From contig MEDY01000148.1 of the NCBI GenBank assembly GCA_001724265.1, forward strand, positions 1-62,492: 62,492 nucleotides of DNA, given 5' to 3'. The DNA comes from Rhizaria sp. SCN 62-66 (Eukaryota). The position numbers and the translations under genes were made by a program. Positions 59,048 to 62,492 of this stretch are shown here, one piece after another; the stretch's first letter is position 1, and every line of letters starts with the position of its first letter. Below the pieces are notes generated by a model. The model saw nothing but the letters and a program-made list of their open reading frames with translations. It had not been told where the DNA came from and did no database searches.

Positions 59048-61273
59048 TTACTGCGTCGGACTTAGCTGCACCACGTGGCCACCCACCGACTGTGCGGACT
59101 GCGGAGGCACCAAGCTCAGCTGCGCAAATTGTTGCGGTAACGGATAGCTTGGGTATTGTCCCGACGAAGGCTGCGACTCGCGTCCCACAGCGGGCTGCGT
59201 GCCCCGCAGTTCTTGCTGCTGAGACTGCTGAGACTGCTGAGTTTGCTGAGGGCCGCTTGTAGCTTGCTGAGTGCGAAGAGACGACTGCACAGACGCTGAC
59301 ATTGAAGAGGATGTCACCGCTGGCTGAGGCCGCGGTGTTGTCGGCGACGGCGGGGGCCTCACCACACCGGGCGAGACTACAGTTGCCGACAATACTACGG
59401 ACGAGGTGCCGCTGAGGACCAACTCGTGCACGCTGACCGGGGGCACGTCCGTCGATCGCGTAAGCCAGCCCTCGTTAATGGCAGAGTTGCTCGGCGTCGA
59501 GCGGCGCACGCCCTCTTGCTGTGATGCCTGTGACGCTTGATAACGCTCTTGCTGCGCGACGGGCCTTGGCGACAGCCGCCCTCCGTTGGCTGCGAGCGCC
59601 GCTGCCGCCTGGAATGGCAGAGAGAGTAGCTGGCCGGACGGCGAAACCGGCAGCTGCGTCGCGGAGTCCACCGCAGTTGAGCCGCTGTCATCGCGGACCG
59701 GCTGACGAGGCATGCGCGGCGGCACGCGTGGGGGCACGAGGGGTAACGTTGAAAGCGGTTGCGTCCGCGAGTTCGAAGGTGAAGACGCGCCATCCGCGTC
59801 GCTTACAGGCAGCCGCGGGGGACCGCGGCCGAGGGCCTTGAGCATGAAGTTGCGCACGGCCCGCTCATCGCTTGGAATGGCCTCAAGCTTGTCAACCAAG
59901 TCGTCAATCGCTGGGCGCTTGTCACGCTCTGCATGCCAGCACATGCGAATGAGCTCGATCAGCGCAGGCGGCGGCTCCGTGCCAGGCAGTAACTTGGGCT
60001 GTGCGACACCGTTGTAGGCATCGAGCTCAAGCGTGGGGCGCACACCGCCGGTGATCAGCGCAGGAATTTCTTGGCTTGTCAGGTTTGCAAGCGGCATTAC
60101 ACCAAACGCAATCTCGAACAACGTCATTCCCAGTGCATAAACATCCGACTTGGAATTATGTTGGTAACGTCCACTCAGCAGCTCCGGCGCCATCCACGCA
60201 AGGGTACCCGAAACAGAATCTATCACAATGACACAATGAGTATTGAGATATGAAAATCAAACAATATGAGCACATGTAAATTGAAGATCATGTTTGACTA
60301 GATATTTTTCCCTCGTTGATTGTTGTGACGAAGATATTGTTGATGACGTACGAACTGCAGACGCGAGTGTCATGCTCTGCATCGTTGCGTGAAGCTTTGA
60401 GTTGCCAAAGTCGGACACCCTAACGAGCGCGCGCGTGTCGTTTCCGCCGAGTCCCCAGAGGAAGTTGAGTGGCTTGATGTCGCCGTGGACGATGTTCTCG
60501 ATGCTGAGAGCTTTGATGGCGCTGGCAACCTGCAGTGCCAGCCACACGCGGCCCTGGCTTGAGAGAGTGCGGTAGTCGGGATGCGTCAGCAGCTTGCTGA
60601 GCGGGCCGCCGTCCATGTAGTCCATCACGATGACGAACTTGTTTGCATCTCCGGAGCCGATGACGCTGCCATTGAGGTTGCCGCTACTACCCAAAGCGTT
60701 CGTGTCCGTGAAGCCGCGGCAGCGCACAACATAACTCGACCGGAGGTGGTATTGGACGTTGAGTTCTTGCATCACATCTTCCTTCTCCCGCAGCGCGTCC
60801 ATGCTTGCGTTGAGCACCTTGAGCGCCACCTACTTGGGCTCGGCGCCCTCGGGCTGGTAGGTTGCGCGGTAGACCTTCGAGTAGCCGCCGCGCCCGACAG
60901 GGTTAACGTCGTGAACGTTGACGAACGCAATCCGGGGAATCTCGTTGTTACTGCGGCGGCCGTGGCTGCTGCTGCTGCCGCTGACGCTGCGGCTCAGCGC
61001 ACTCTTGGGCAAGGGCTGTCCGGACGCGCCGAAGAATGAGGACGCGTTAAACGCCATCGGCAAGACTGTTGAGAGCCCGAACCGGTGCGTTATTGCTGCT
61101 AAGCACCGCAAGAGCTCATTGTCAGTCTCGAGAATCAGTGAGTTGGAGCGGCTGCTTCCCTCCTCATCCGCCGAAGTCGGCAGCTGGGCGATGAAGTCCC
61201 TCGTCCTGTATAGAAGTGGTTGCAGCTCTGACAACGCATCTCGGTTGCTCTCACCCAAAGATTGCTGACTCAT
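59048..61273 (-). CDS. TKL-like protein kinase; exons 61273-60352, 60219-59048; in-frame TAG at 60830-60832
   Basis: VGRGGYSKVYRATYQPEGAEPK*VALK, QE, HGDIKPLN, DFG, GTLAWMAPE, SDVYALG, CWHAERDKRP: all catalytic motifs present, no frameshift. Ends at TAA 59048-59050. Confidence 0.75.
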
Positions 61274-62446
61274 GCGCTTGACAATCTCTGTAACATTGAT
61301 TTTGAAGACGCGACAACGCCAAGATTGAGTGAGTGGAATGCGTAACGAAACAGACCAGTCAATGTTTCTCAATGAATATCATGCATACATTATGTAGGCA
61401 ACATGTAGCATAGTAGAACACATGAGTATATGATACTAAGTAACACTTTGGTGTTAAGACGCATGTGTACTGGGAAGGTTCGACGTACCATCATTGAGAA
61501 ACTGTACGTTTTCGATCAGGCTTGTCGCTTTTGCGTTCCTACCGCCTTTCAGGTAAGTGTCATAGACGCACGCAGAGGCAAGGACAACATCGTTGCACAA
61601 ACTGTTAATGTCAGCCATGTTTCAAGCCGTGTGACGTGAGTCCTATGATGCAGTAACTTCTATTTAGATGCAGTTGGGAGCGACGGCGCGCGCAGAATAT
61701 GGTATTGAGTGAGAAGGTCATTGTAAGGCACTTTTGGAGAATTGCGTATAAATCCTGCACATTTTCCACGTTTTAGACTTTAATACTTTGCTTAACTTTC
61801 AAAATTACGTGTTGATGTGCTGAATTTCAACGAAGAAAATTCGTGCTGCCATACGAATCCAAGAAAAACGCTCGGCTGGTGACATCACCTTTCCAAGACA
61901 AAATGATATTTTGAGAACCCCGGCAGAGGGGCGGGGCAGGTGGTGTCGACGTGTGCGCAACTACAATGTGAGATTGCTAACCATTTGCGCATAACAATGA
62001 CGTCGACTACATGTGATTACAGTGTTTATGAATTGAATATGATGTATAGTGAAGATCACAAAAATTACTACGACTAAATGCCCGAAAACGACCCTAGCAG
62101 ACCTCATTGCCATTCGCAGCCCAACGGACTGGTGACGGGAGGCGACCTTCCTTCGGCTCCCAGAGGAACTTTGGGGTGAGGAAAACGGCTTGCAGACAGA
62201 TGTTCTTGATATGAGAATGGTTGCTTATTGTTATGTTTGCTGTGTTCTGTTTGCTTTGTTTGGCGGCAGTGTTTGAGGTTTGTTTTAGGAGGCAGGAAGA
62301 GGGGTCGAGTTGATGTTGACACCAGCGCAGCGCGGAGTTGGACCTCTTTGGTTGCTCGCCCTCCTTCACACCGACCATGGAATGGTTTGCCTTTTGCTAA
62401 CCGTGTACCTTTTGTTGCTATCTGTTTGTTTTCCTTGCGCAGAGAC

Positions 62447-62492
62447 ATGGCTACGCCCGAGGAGCTCAAAGATCTGGACTCCGTCCTCGATC
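62447..62492 (+). CDS. Probable start (or exon) of a gene running off the window: MATPEELKDLDSVLD
   Basis: Pyrimidine tract and CAG at 62440-62442 precede an ATG and GC3-rich codons; only 15 codons visible. Confidence 0.4.
   Translation, partial: MATPEELKDLDSVLD

Noticed and set aside
59048..59050. Ciliate-type code with both TAA and TAG as Gln, suggested by in-frame TAA here and at 2261
   Set aside because: TAA ends nine clear genes at their expected C-termini (e.g. PSMB1 LRKD*), and both internal TAAs are in or next to frameshifted relics.
57880..60832. RIP-like CpA-to-TpA mutation as the source of the stops
   Set aside because: TAA/TAG arising from Gln or Trp codons are CpA transitions by definition, so this is ascertainment bias; the regions stay GC-rich and single-copy genes are affected.
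406..60832. Programmed readthrough motif or pyrrolysine/selenocysteine recoding
   Set aside because: The 3' contexts differ (ACT, CAA, ATC, CAC, CTC, GTG), the sites are non-catalytic, Sec uses TGA, and Pyl is unknown in eukaryotes.
1..62492. tRNA (including a CUA suppressor), rRNA or SL RNA genes
   Set aside because: None recognised by eye; tRNAscan-SE/Infernal are needed to exclude them.

Overview
Gene-dense nuclear DNA of a eukaryotic microbe, probably a flagellated protist: it has a DRC8/EFCAB2-like gene, GC-rich exons, AT-rich GT-AG introns of about 110-270 nt with mostly GTACG donors, and proteins with long Ala/Gln/Ser/Asn low-complexity tracts. Recognisable genes are COMMD5, a ~3,880 aa SCAPER-like protein, EFCAB2/DRC8, proteasome subunit PSMB1, an ELAV-like RRM protein, DNAJC9, a CaiB/BaiF CoA-transferase, a kinesin, NF-YB, PHO88/SND3, JMJD6, a BUD22/SRFBP1-like protein, an ankyrin protein and a protein kinase with a decayed Sel1 tail next to a copia remnant. 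Main signal: TAG appears to act as a sense codon. Lone in-frame TAGs interrupt otherwise continuous frames of four unrelated genes, while all 15 complete genes I could reconstruct end in TAA or TGA. Two other highlights are a ricin-B-lectin/F-box/kinesin-motor fusion protein and splice-acceptor-like sites just upstream of nearly every start codon, possibly from spliced-leader trans-splicing. All homology calls are from motif recognition by eye; no searches were run.
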